Source: Rebecca billardiae RCC1528
Lineage: Eukaryota; Protista; Haptophyta
Direction of reading: 5' to 3'
NCBI GenBank assembly: GCA_965240325.2
Contig: OZ251227.1
Location: 248,001-312,000 of the forward strand
DNA length: 64,000 nt
A program made the position numbers and the translations under genes. Positions 37,644 through 50,151 of this stretch are shown piece after piece (position 1 is the stretch's first letter; the number at the start of each line of letters is the position of its first letter). The notes under the pieces are model-generated. The model was given only the letters and a program-made list of their open reading frames with translations, ran no database searches and had not been told where the DNA came from.

Positions 37644-38510
37644 ATGGAGGCCTCCGGCGCTTCCCACCTCCTCGCGCTCTCCATTGATGCGTACCGCTCG
37701 CGGCCGAGCAACCAATCGCTCGCCTTCACGGGAGTATGCGCCCTCGTGCTTCTCTGCGCGGTCGAGTCGAGCTTCTATGCTTTTACGTGCTGGCGGGCAC
37801 GTGTGTCGCCGGGGCCTATCCTCGGCCATCCACGGCACAGACGCATGCTCTCTCGCCGCGCCTTTGAAGTCCTGATGATGGCCTCCTTCACTGTCCAAGG
37901 GCTTTGGGCGCACGACGCCCTTGGCGGGTTTAGCGGTTATGCTAGTGCGTACGGCGGCGATCCTGTTCGGCGCATGCTGGCTTACGAGCCTTTTGCCCTG
38001 CGCCTGGCGCTTTCGCAGCTGGTCTACCAGGCGTACAACACGTACATCTCCGCGCGCGACGGCGACGGGCCGATTTTCTTGGCACACCACGTGGCGACGG
38101 GCCTCCTGTGCTTCCTCGCCCTGCACCCTTTCGTGCTGAGCTACGCGCCCTTCTTCTTGGGACTGAGCGAGCTCTCCTCTGCGCTGCTGTGCGCGCTCGC
38201 GACGACAGACGAGGCTCACGGGGTGCCAGAGCTGGCGAATGTGTTCCCCGTGACACAGAAGGTGCTCGGCGTGGTCTTCGCCTTGACCTTCACAGTGTTC
38301 CGGATCGTGCTGTGGCCATATGTGTCGTACCTCTTCTGGCACGACACGCTTGCCGTGCTGGCGGCCGGTGCGCACCCTGCGTGGGTGTGCTACACCTTCC
38401 TCGTCTTCAACGCTGGGCTGAGTGGGCTGCAGGTGCTGTGGTTCGGTGAGATCCTGCGCGAGGCGTTCAAGCTTTTTGCGCCGAAGCGGTCGAAGGGAAG
38501 CAGCGACTAG
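37644..38510 (+). CDS. TLC (TRAM/LAG1/CLN8) domain membrane protein
   Basis: FLAHHVAT, LSELSSALL, FTVFRIVLWP, LQVLWF and multiple TM segments. Confidence 0.85.
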   Translation: MEASGASHLLALSIDAYRSRPSNQSLAFTGVCALVLLCAVESSFYAFTCWRARVSPGPILGHPRHRRMLSRRAFEVLMMASFTVQGLWAHDALGGFSGYASAYGGDPVRRMLAYEPFALRLALSQLVYQAYNTYISARDGDGPIFLAHHVATGLLCFLALHPFVLSYAPFFLGLSELSSALLCALATTDEAHGVPELANVFPVTQKVLGVVFALTFTVFRIVLWPYVSYLFWHDTLAVLAAGAHPAWVCYTFLVFNAGLSGLQVLWFGEILREAFKLFAPKRSKGSSD

Positions 38511-38834
38511 CGCTGCTGGGATTCAACGCGCTCTCATCCAAGGAGTCACTGTCAGTCCGCGGACAGACGACAGTCCGCGGTTGACCAGTGACCGCGGACT
38601 CGCTCGGCTGATATCTGTAGTTAGATACTAGTAGTCTTCTCGGCTTCGGCGGCCCGGGCTCGGGCGCAGGCGTACGCGTCCTACTGACGGCCGCAGCCCG
38701 TCATGGCCGGCCATGATGCTGAACCGCGAGCCGGGCGATCGATCGATTCCCGATTTTCCCGGGAATCACTTCGGACCGCGTCGTAGGCTGCTTCGTGCGT
38801 CCGCGCCGGCCCGACTCCCGGCGGAAATAACCCA

Positions 38835-39122
<288 letters not shown>

Positions 39123-39132
39123 CCGTACGGTT

Positions 39133-41834
39133 CGCTGCGTTCCTGAGCCCCAGCGCCAGAATTACGCGAGAATAAAGCCGCGCAATTGTTCACATACGAA
39201 GAATCGCATTTTCAGCGCACCCGCGTCGGTTGGCGGTCTTCGATTGATGAGCGAACGAGCCCAAAGCCGTGCTATGCGGGCGAGGCAGATCGCGAGAGAT
39301 TGCCACCGAGGGTTCAAGAGGCCAAGACGAGAGTGTGTCGCCGGTCGTCGGCGGGCGGCAGGGCTTCGAACGCAGCCCGGCCAGGCCAGGCCGCCAGAGA
39401 GTCTCTGCGACATTGGCGTGGCTGAGGAGCTCTCGCGCGGGTCCAGGGACATCAGCGCTCAGTGTCAGCCGCGTGCACACCTTCGTAGGTCCACATTGGG
39501 CGTCGCCCTTTGCTTGCACACGCGCGTGCGCACCTGGTCCTCTTCTGCGGCTAATGCGCACTCCGCAATCATTGCTCCTGACGCTGATCGTGCAGGTGCG
39601 GGCGCGGGGGGGCGAGCCTGCCAGCAGTCGGCGTGCGATGTACGGCGAGTCGCATGTTTCCTATTCGACCCCGATAGCGGCCACTCGAGCTCTTTCCTCG
39701 CCGTCGGACACTCTGTGCCCGCGCGCCTACAGAGGTCACGGCCCAGATCCGCAGAAAGCTGCCGCCAGTTCACATCCTCACGTTGTGCCTTCGATCGGCT
39801 TGGCGTGCAGTGTCAACAAGCGGTGTGCAGTACTCGTAAGGTCACGCACCAGCTGCAAGCACACCTTCGGAGCCCCAGGCTGGCTCCGGGGGCTGCACGC
39901 GAGCGCACGCAATGCTGCTCGGGCAGTGACACGCTGCGCTGGGAGTCCGTGAGCGGGTCTCTACGCAGGCTCGATGGAGTACCGCTGTACCGCCCGTACC
40001 GCCTTGGCCGGCGCCCGCGGCTCGACTCGCTGACTAACTCTGACAATCCAGTCGGCTCGACCGCTGCCAGTGCGCGGGCGCTCGTAATCTGCGACTCAGA
40101 CTGGAGGCGTAGCCGGTTCAGCCGTCGGCGTGTTGCCGGCGCACGCCCGCCGGGCCCAGTCACTGCAACATTTACTACGGAGCCTCGGTACGTACCGGGC
40201 GCGGGGCTTTATAAGACTACTGCTCATCACTCGATACTGCGGACCGTCCGCACTATTCACTAACGGGCACGCGGCTAAGGTTCCGTTGTCCGTCTGTCCG
40301 TGCGCGCGCAGCTGATGCTGACACTCAGACAGCCGTAACCGTTTCGGTTTATAATATAATATATATATATATGCACTGAATACTGATGATGCAGCAGTCA
40401 GCACGCGGACCCAAGGTGAGTCGCGCTATACGCGGCATGCTGCGATAAGTGCATGATGACGACTATACCGTAGTGACGACCGTGTCTGTGATCGAATATC
40501 CTGACTCCGGCGGCACGTTTGAGTCGATGAGCGCTGCCACGGCCGCCGCGGCGCGAGCGGGTCGCCCCGAGCCGGCAGAGCAGCACCGCCACTGGTCCAG
40601 AGGGCAGCGGCACTGAGCCGTCGTGCTATGTGACCCGGGGCCTTACCGTCTTAGGCCAGGCCTCGGCGTGGGCAGAGGCGGCCCAGGCCCTGTGGGCCGG
40701 CAGGCCCAGGCCCAGCGGCGAGCGAGTGTTGCTCGGAGCCGCGCCGTCCAGTGTCCGAGACAGCGCGTGGCCCGGTCAACGAGTGCGTCGTGACTGCGCC
40801 AGGCGCCGCGCCACGTCTGCGACACAGAGCCAAGCACTGCCACTGACGACTGCCGCCGTGCCGACGCATCCACACATCCAAGTCAGTAGGGCTTTGCCAT
40901 GCCGCACGTACAACGGTGCCCACAGATGAGCGTGAGATCCTGTCTAATGAGCCATGAGCATCGACGTGTGATGCAGCACGTCCGGTGGCGGGTAGCTGCG
41001 GCACGCGGCGGCGGCGGTCATGAGGAGTATGCTCGTTGCCACCGACCGCAGTATCGCTGTAATCGCTGTGGCCCATCCTCTGCACTGCAGAGGTGAAGAG
41101 CGACTGAGCAAGCCATGCCGACTTGCCGCACCGTCGTGCAGCTGCCGGCACGCGCGCGCTGTCACGAGGGCACGGAGGCTGTCGAGAGCAGCGCGGTGGG
41201 CAGCATCGAAGACAACTCAAAGTGGGCCCGGGATGCCCACCTGAGTGGTGGCTGAACCTTCAAATCGCGCCCTTCGATCACCAACTTGTCGGCGGCGCTG
41301 GCAAGTTGTCGGGCCACGCGCGGTGCCACGGATGATGAACGGCGCAGGCGTGGCAGGCAGAAACAACAGGAGCTGCCGGGACTGCGTCGGCCGCGCCTGC
41401 CCGCAGTCGTATCGAGCGAGGCTACGCGCACTCAAACATCCCCTAGTCCGTGCACTAGCGTTGTTCGCCATCGACCTCGTACTAGTGTGCCGGGGAGGCG
41501 TCGCCTGTCGTCACTCGCTCGTAGATCGTGCGCCGACGAAGGGTCTAGGAGCGTTGAGGGCCTGCAGGATCAACCGATGGAGAGATGCTGCTGTGTATCC
41601 TCACAAAAGCGACGCTTCGGGGCAGATGTTCGAGAGATCGGACGATCAAGCGAAAGTCATAGGTTGCAATTTTGGGCCCACTACGGCGAGACTTACTCAC
41701 GTCATTAACAGAAGGTTACCCGCTGCTCAACTTTCGGCCCCCTTCAGCGACGTCTCGACCAATGGCGCGCGTGGGAGGAAAGAAAGGTTCTCTGATCTCG
41801 CGTAATTCTGGCGCTGCGGCTCAGGAACGCAGCG
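39133..41834. mobile_element. Decayed TIR DNA transposon, 2.7 kb
   Basis: 39-bp inverted repeats 39133-39171 and 41796-41834 with 1 mismatch. The interior has no intact ORF. Confidence 0.75.
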
Positions 41835-41988
41835 TATAACACTGCGAGTCGTCACGACATACTCATCATCATAGTTATTATTACTACTACCGCTCGTCAT
41901 TATATATATATAGCTAATATTAAGCTAGACTCTACTGCTATTATAATAAGTAGCTTAATATATTTAAATAATAAAGTTCATCAAGTTA

Positions 41989-43522
41989 CTAAGCTGAGTC
42001 GATGTCTTCCGCAGAGCCATCGGCCCCGCCGCATTGCCCATGCACGGCTCTGCTCCTCAGCCCTGTTGCTTTGGCGGTCTCCTGCCACTGGCCAGTGACG
42101 GCTGCTGCCGCCGCCGCCTGCGCTGACTCAGCCAGCCGCACGTCCTCGAAGGACTCCAAGGAGAGTTGGCGCAGCCGCCACGCGCGCTCCGGAGGCAGCG
42201 GAACGGAGCGGAAGCGCTTCTCGATCTCTTCCCACCTGTCGAGCTCGAGGAAGCACATCTCCTGCTCGCAGTATTTCGTGAGGTGCGGCACAGCCTCGGT
42301 GTTGTCGATCACAGCGAGGAACTCGGCGCACGGCGCGAGTCTGTTGACCGAGACGGGCACGTGCTCGAGGGAGTCGCGCAGCTCAGCCTCGGGCACGTGC
42401 CGGCCAGTGGCCTCGGCGCGCTTGCGCACGCGCCTTCTGACCTCCTCCTCGTCGGCCGTGACGTACAGAATCGCGATCTGGTAGTCGGGGTGCCGCCGGC
42501 GGATGTCGTGGAAGACGCGTCGGTACCATCGCCAGTCGCGCAGCGAGCCGTCCACCCACACGTGCATGCCCAGCCGCAGCGCCGCCTCCTGCGCGAGCTC
42601 GACGAGGTAGCCTGACTCGCGGTGCGTGTGCGAGCCCGCCTTGAGCGGGTCGCGCGCGACGTATTCGTACCACTCGGGCAGCGCCGCCTTGAAGTTGTCC
42701 GGGTCGATGTGCACGATGTCCTCCAGCGGGAAGATGCCTGCCTTGGACATCCACTTGATGGTGCGCGATTTACCCGCGCCCTGCGAGGGCAAGGGCACCG
42801 GCGGCGGCCGGGGGCGGGGCGGTTGAGTGATCGTCTCAGCGACCGCGTATGCCGTCTGGGGACGATGCAGTCGCATCACAGCCAGCCTAGACCCCTGCTC
42901 AGCCCGGCTGCGAGCAACGCAGCACTCCCTCACGCGCGCGTGCGCGTGCGCGTGCGCGTGCGCGTGCGCGTGCGCGTGCGCGTGCGCGTGCGCACACCAT
43001 CGCCCCCGCGGTGAAGACAATCCACGGCGTCGTCTGGCGCGACATGTGCGTGCCGACGCACTGGCTGACGAGCTCGTCCTGCATGAGCTGCCGCTCGATC
43101 ACATACGCCCCATGGTAGCTCTTGTCGAGCGTCTCGCGAATCGCCTTGTACTTGCCATACGACTGCCCGTCCTTGGCGCTGTAATTGTCGCGTGTCGAGC
43201 GCGAGTAGTCGTAGTCGAGAGGGACGGCGAAGGGTGGTGCGACGTGCACGCGCGAGAGTACCGGCGACGAAGGCGACGACGCGATTATCAGCCGGGATGG
43301 CACTGCGGACACGACTGACGGCATCGCCTGCGCCTGCGCGACCGCGGGGCTCGCAGGCAGCGTGCCATGCGATGCATGGTGGTCGGTGTGCACGAGATGC
43401 GACGACAGCGCCGGCCGCAGGGACCGGCCAGCCCGTCGCGCGCGAAGCATGAGCGAGGACAGCATGGCGATGACCAAGCCCGCGAGGAAGCACGTCACGC
43501 CGAACAGCCGTCGCGGCGTCAT
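41989..43522 (-). CDS. Zeta-toxin-like P-loop kinase with N-terminal membrane anchor; exons 43522-42998, 42780-41989
   Basis: Spliced Walker A WIVFTAGAM/GAGKS, HIDPDNFK, THRESG, VDGSLRD, RAEATGRHVP, IDN. Intron 42781-42997 is GT-AG and contains (GCGTGC)n. Confidence 0.88.
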
Positions 43523-43790
43523 TCGCGTGCCGACGGCCCTCTCATGCGGCACGCGGTGGGCGGCGGGTCACGCACGCAAGTTGTAGATTCCACAAGCGGG
43601 TGGGAGCTCCCACCGGGTTTTTCCTGCGATCAAGCTAGTTCTGCTGTCTTTTTCTTTTCTGGCCGTGGAAGCCTTTGCTGCAGCGGACTGCTCGTCAAGA
43701 CGGCAGTTTCACGGCCAAGTCGCAACAGTTTCGTAGCCGCCATCGTTTGCCCCTGCTGGGGGCTGCCGCTCGTCGTCGCCGGCTGGCGCG

Positions 43791-45504
43791 ATGGCGAAGA
43801 TCGGTAAGCAGTTCAAGGGCGCGAGCAAGGAGAAGGCGGGTGGAAAGAAGGGCAAGCTGACCGATGAGGAGCGCAGGATGCAGGAGGAGATGCAGCGCTT
43901 GCTCGAGGAGGAGCGGCAGCGCAAGGCCGAGGAGCGGCGCAAGCGGCAGCTCAAGGAGCGCCAGGCGCAGGAGGAGAAGTACTCGCGCGTGAACCGGCTC
44001 AAGATCATGAACCAGTGGCGCAAGCTGATGCGCCTGGTCAAGGTCGAGGACCTGCGCAAGGAGATCGAGATCATCTCGCAGAACCACGAGCGCGAGGTCG
44101 ACCGCAAGGACGCGATCATCCAGATGCTCGACCGCGACCTCGAGGAGTCGGAGGAGCAGTACCAGATGGCGCTGCGCTCGCACCTGCAGGCGGTGGACCG
44201 GCTGCTCGAGCTGCACGCGCAGCGCACGAAGAAGCTCGAGTTCGAGTTCGAGAAGGACCTCACCGAGCTCACCACCGAGTTTGCGGACGAGCGCGGAGAG
44301 ATTGTGGGCGCGCACGGTGCGCACAAGAAGGAGCTGATCGAGATCATGACGCTGATGGAGCGCGAGTACAACGAGGCGGAGGAGGACGCGCGGCAGGAGA
44401 CCGACGGGCAGCGCGAGGAGATCAAGAACCGCAACGCCGAGGACTACAACATGCTGCGCGACACGCTCGAGCGGCTGATCAAGAAGATCGAGGAGGACTT
44501 TGACACCGCGCACTCCAACTACATGGCCAACACCGAGGCGCGCACGCAGGAGTTCAAGCACCTCACGTTCCGCGACCAGCAGTCGGCGAAGACGATCGAC
44601 ACGCAGATGCGCCGGCTGCAGCGCCTGCAGGACTCGATCAACCACTGGCGCACCAAGATCGCCAACAACGCGCGCGAGTGCGAGGAGCGCAACCGCGCGC
44701 TGCGCGAGGAGAAGGACGCGATTGGGCGGCACTACCAGGACCTCAAGGCGCGCATGGCCAAGTTCCGCGACGGCGAGGCGCGCAGGCTGCAGGACCTGAC
44801 GATGAACGCGCGCACGGCGATCAAGTCGCTCGAGGAGAAGCTCAAGCGCGCCGAGAACATCCTCAAGCTCGCCGAGCTCAACCGCAAGATGGAGACCGAG
44901 CGCGAGAAGGTGCGCGCCGCGCCGCGCCGCGCCGCGCACACGCGGCGGCGCAAAACCCTGCGCCGCCGGCCGCGCGCGACGCGGCGTGTGCGGCTCGGGC
45001 TCCGTCGCGCCCGCCGGGCTCACATCCGCGCCCCGCCTCGCGCTTCGCGCCCGCTTCGCCGCGCCTCCCGCGCAGGTGCTCCCCTTCTACCAGTCGACCG
45101 TGGAGGACGAGGAGCACGCCTCGCAGTCCGTGCTCGACGTCTCAAAGGCGCTGCAGGCGTCCGCGACCGGCCGCGACGGCAAGCAGGTGGAGGAGTGGAA
45201 CTACCTGAACAACTTCTTCAAGCGGTACAACAAGGTGCTGCTCGACGAGCTCGCCATCTCGCGCGAAAAAGGTAGGCTCGAGCAGGAGAACACCGATCTG
45301 CGCGCCATCCTGAAGCAGTACCTCGACGGCATCTCTGTGAACGATGACGTGATCAACGCGGCCAACCCTCTGCTCGTGCTCAACAACAGGAGCAACCTGG
45401 CGGTGGCGCCGCCTCGGGCGACGGGCAGGGCAACGGTGATCGAGGCGGCGCACAAAGTGATGATTCCGCAGCTCACCAGCGGGCGGCAAGGCTCGTCCAT
45501 CTGA
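43791..45504 (+). CDS. CCDC65: Dynein regulatory complex subunit 2 (CCDC65/DRC2); exons 43791-44909, 45076-45504
   Basis: [64 protein letters not shown]. Confidence 0.92.
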
Positions 45505-45950
45505 CGGCGGCGGCTTCGCTGCGCCTGCTGAGTCTGCTGACACTCGGTCGTGGAGCTGAGTGTTGACAGTTGAGTGAGTCACTGAGCGCCGTGGGCAGGC
45601 GACGAATACGATCCGCGCGAGTGAAGTTCCGTATCGCGATCGGTCCGTGAGGCTTGACCGTGTCGCCCGCACTCTCTGAAAAAAGCCAGCCGACCGTCCC
45701 GGGCCCGTCGGCCGACTCTGGCTCGCCGGCTCGGCAGTTTATTTATTATAATATACTTTATTTTTAAATAAATATACGACTATACTAATCACTGACAGTA
45801 CGTGATGGCACTATGTCGTCTTAATTACCGGTCGCCGTCCGAGTGGCGCGGATTACGATATATATACCGACGCGAGTGACTATATTGAGACGGCGGTGAC
45901 TGGTCCGACCCGGCGCGGACCGCGAGCAGCGCGGGCGGCGGCATGCCCCC

Positions 45951-46685
45951 CCAACCGGTCCAGACCTCAGGATTATCCTTAACCTGCACGCCAGTGGGCG
46001 GCCCACTGGCGTGCAGGTTAAGGGTTTCGTCAGGTCGCGCGCTGTGGCGGACGCTCCCGCCGCCGCCTCGCTCTCGCCTTCCGCCGCCAGGGCGAGGCCG
46101 CGCGAAGTCCAGTAGATCTTCCGATGGGACGCAGCGGGGCGGTAGCGAAGCGGTGAACTACTGTCGCTTGCGCGTGGCGCAGCGCTTCGCGCCCTCGCAC
46201 CTCGACGGTCAGCTGCAGGCCCGCGAGAGCGCGAGCGTGCGCCGCCGCCACATTCAGCCAGAGCCATGCCGCGCCTTGCCTGCCGAGGCAGCGAAGAGGC
46301 ACGCACGTGAAGCCGCTGGGCACCATGGCGCGCGCCCACGACCGTACTGTCACATGGCTCACGCCGTCCTGGGATGCGCGCCTCGGGTTGCGCTCAGCGC
46401 GCGCATACTTTGCGGGGACGACAGCACGGCTGAAGCCGAGAGGCGGCGCACACGCCCGTGTGGGCTCAAGGCGCCGAGCAGATGGTCAGACGCGAGTTGC
46501 CCGGCGCAGGGCGGCGCAGAAAGGCCCTATGCCTCTGCCCGACCGCGTGCGCCATCGCCGCGTGCACGTCTACGACCGCGGCGGCGCGGCAGCGGGCGGC
46601 GCCTCGCGGCGGATGGCTGTGGCGGGCGCACGCGGCGGGTTTTGAATTTCCGAGTTTCCCAAATCCTGAGGTCTGGACCGGTTGG
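45951..46685. mobile_element. MITE-like segment bounded by 24-bp inverted repeats
   Basis: CCAACCGGTCCAGACCTCAGGATT (45951-45974) vs AATCCTGAGGTCTGGACCGGTTGG (46662-46685). Confidence 0.65.
45977..46023. repeat. Perfect 47-bp palindrome with TTAA at both ends
   Basis: 23-bp arms CCTTAACCTGCACGCCAGTGGGC around a single G. Confidence 0.9.
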
Positions 46686-46847
46686 TGCCGCGGGCTCGGG
46701 TCGCCGCGGCGGCGGGCCGCAGGCGCCGGCACAGTCACAGACACATGTCACATGACGATATGAGACTACACAGTGCCGTCGCACTAGCAGCTTACAGTTA
46801 CACTACAAGGGCGTTCCCGGGATCCTGGCACCACACGGTCCCGAAAG

Positions 46848-46886
46848 CAATGCCCCCCCCTGGGGGGGGCATTGGCCATTGCTAGT
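46848..46886 (+). mobile_element. Helitron-like 3' terminus (GC hairpin then CTAG|T)
   Basis: CAATGCCCCCCCC-T-GGGGGGGGCATTG, then 7 nt, then CTAG followed by T. Confidence 0.45.
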
Positions 46887-47087
46887 GCTACCCGAGACGG
46901 GCCGAGTCCGAGACTCACGCCGAGAGACCGACTCCGAGAGTACTCGCGGAAATCGGTTGAGCTCCGAAGCGTCCCGCGCTCCGCGAGGCTACGGACCGAT
47001 CGGTTCGACCGCGAGGTCTCGCGCTAGCAGACAACGAGTTGGCTTGCTCACCGCGCAGTCATTTATAAGGCATGCGAAGGATCCGCA

Positions 47088-49555
47088 TCAGTGCATCTGC
47101 CGTTGATGCCACTCCCGTGCCGCCTGCGCGGCGACGTCGGCGTCGCCAGTGTCGGCGGCCGACACCTCGTCCGAGTCCTGCTCGCTCGGGACCGCCGGCG
47201 CCGCATCGGCTGCGCCGAGGCGCGCTTGGTGGTTTGCACCCGCGAAGCCAAGCGCGTCCAACGGCGCCTCCACCCCGCTGCCCCGCCCAGCCGGCGGCGG
47301 CTCGTGGAGGGTTTGCGAGCGGCGGCGCAGCGCGGCGAATGGCGAGCCCACGCTGCGACTGGGTGCGGTCTCTGCCGACGCGCGCCGGCCGCGGGTGGGC
47401 GGGGCCGCCGCGGGCTGCGCAGCTGCCGCCGCCTGCTGGTCGCGCGAGCGCCACCACTCGATCACCGCGATCGGCGCCGCGCGCGGCGACGGGCCGTGCT
47501 CCGCCACGCCGCGCACCGCCGCGGCCGCAAGCCGGCCGAGCTGCGTGGGCGGCAGCGCCAGCGAATCAGGCGCGCCCCCCGGCGGATGGCTCGTGCCGGC
47601 GCCGGAGTTGGCGTGCGTGGGCGTGAGGTGGTGCGCGGCGGCGGCGGGCACGCGCGCGGGCGCCTTGCCGCCGCGCGCCCAGCGCGCCTTCGCGCCCTCC
47701 GCCCCGCTCGCCCCGCTCGCCGAGGCCGGCGGCACGGCCGCGTCGGCAGCGAGCGCGGCGCCCGAGCCCGCGCGCTCTGCAGAGGTGGGCGGCGGCAGGC
47801 CGAGCGCGGCGGCCATCGGCGAGGAGGGCGCGGTGGAGAGGCGGACAGGGCGGCCGGTCGCCGACGCGAGGCGCGACGCCGGTGACGCGTGCACCGACTC
47901 GACGCTCCCCGCGCGCGAGTGGTACCCCAGCCCGTGCGCCGCCTCGCGCACCGCCCACGTGTACACCTTGCCGTCCGCGGTGAGCGCCACGCACGCGTCG
48001 CCCTCGACCAAGATCTGCACGACGCGCCCGGCGATGGGCACGCGGATGGGCGCGACTGCGCGGGCGGGGGAGGCGGCAGAGGAGGGCGACGGGGGGGTGA
48101 GCTCGCGCGCGCGCGCGTGCAGGGAGCGTAGAGCGCACGCCCCCGCCCCGGCGCGCGCGCGTGCGCCGGCGCGCCGCGTCTGCGCGCACCGCCGCCGCCC
48201 TCGAGGCTGTCCGCCGCCACGTCCTCGTCCAGCTCGGGCGTCGTGCGCGCGCTGCGGCGGCGGCGGCGGCCGCGGAGGGTGTCGGAGAGGTTCCAGCCCG
48301 ACTTGTCGATCGCGCGGCGGCCCGCATTCGAGCTCGCGCCCAGCATCACCGCGGCGAACCCGCCGGTGAGCATGCAGATCAGCAGCACCTGCCACCAGTG
48401 CGCAATGCCGTGCTGCTCGCCGTGGCGGCGCGGACGGCCCGCGCGCACGCCGCCGTCGGGGCCGCTGGCGTTGGCGCCGCCCGCGCGCGGGCTGTGTGCG
48501 CCGACGGCCGTGGGCCGCGCGCCCGCCCCCTCCGCCTCGTCCCCTTCGTCCGCATCCGCCGCGCCGTCCGCAGCGCCGGGCTGGTCGGCGGCGGAGGCGG
48601 GCGCCGAGGGCGAGGCCGCCGCGCCGTGCCTGTCGTCCTTGTGGTGGTGCTTGTGCTTGTCCGCGCCGTCAGCCGACGCGGCCGAGCCGTCCGACGGCTC
48701 CGTCTCGGCCTCGCCGTCCTCCTCCGCGCCCCCCTCCGCGCCCTTCTCCCCGCCCTCCGCCCGCGCGCCCTCCCCCTCCGCCGGCGGGGTGGGCGAGGGC
48801 CCGAACACAAAGTAGGTCACACCCGTGCGCTTGCCGCGGCCCTGGTACTCGCCGTACCCGTGCTCGAGGCAGGTGCCGCCGAGCTGGCCGCCGCGCCGTG
48901 TGAAGGGCCCCGTGAACGCGGAGGGCAGGCACACCATCTGGCACACGTTCTCCTCCTCGTTCATGTGGAACGCGTCCGAGAGCCGGTTGGACGGGCAGTG
49001 CACGTACGAGGGCCAACTGGCGGGGCCGCCCTTGTCCACCGCAGTCAGCACGTGCCCCTGGATCGTACCGTCGTCGTCGTCGTCGCCGTACGTGCTGTCC
49101 GTGCCGCCCGTCGACACGGACATATCCTCGTCCACCGGCCACATGCTCTCCACCCACGGCTCCGCCGTGTGGCTGAGCCACGACAGGAAGCGCATCTCGT
49201 CCGGCGTGACGGCGGCCGGCAGCGGAGCGAGCGGCGGACGGTCGCGATGGGGGATGAAGGCGAGGCCGACCAGGCCGACGATGAAGATGCACACGGCCGC
49301 GACCACGCGCCCACGGCGCCCCGCCACGGCGCGCCACTCCGGGCTCGGCTGCATCCGCTCGCGCCAGACGGCGACAACAGCCGCGCGCTGCGCGCCGCCC
49401 ATCGCGTGCTGCGCGACGGCACTCCATCCGCTGCGCAGGGCGGGGATGCTCATGCTGGGCGCGCCGAGCCAGCCTGGCGCGGCCGCGGGTGACCCCTGCG
49501 GCGGCGCCTGCTCTCCAAGCGCGTCCTCCATCGCCGCGGAAGGGGCGCACGCCAT
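47088..49555 (-). CDS. Two-TM protein with Cys-rich loop domain and one RCC1-like repeat; exons 49555-48190, 48055-47088
   Basis: TMs VCIFIVGLVGLAFI and WWQVLLICMLTGGFAAVML. Intron 48056-48189 joins to RVVQILVEGDACVALTADGKVYTW. Confidence 0.65.
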
Positions 49556-50151
49556 GCGAGCGGGGCTCGCGTTTGACGACGCGCGGCAGAGGCGGATGGT
49601 GAGCGCCGGGGCTGGGGCTGAGGGGCTCCAACTGATGCAAACTACTTGATGTGCGTGCCCTCTTTCCGTACGATGCCCTCATTCGTCACCCGGGAGATGG
49701 TGATTTTGATGCTCCGGCGAGGCGCGGCGCGGGCGGCGGGTCCCCCGCCAGCGCCAGGCCAGGGCGGCGGTTGGGCGTTTGTCTATCGTAGCAAAGGGGG
49801 AATCCTACCAGGATCTTAATTAAATCTTCCCGCGCGAGCCATGGCGCGTCGTAACAGGCTTACAATTGACTATTCATCCATTCCCGAAATTATAATGGCG
49901 TATGACCACGTACCCACCGAATTTCAAATGACCATATGACAATCATTATAGTAATCTGGGCGCGCCTATCTCGCCCTCGCCTATGGTAGTAACGAAAAAA
50001 ACCGGGCAGCATGCCAGCATGGCGGAATTGTCGTGAGTCGGCGGGCAATCTCAAGCTTGAAGTGGAAGTGAAAGCCCTGGCGAGCGCCCAAGATCACCCA
50101 TCTCGAGATCAGCGCGTCGCTCGTGGCCACGACGAACCCCGATCTCACTCA

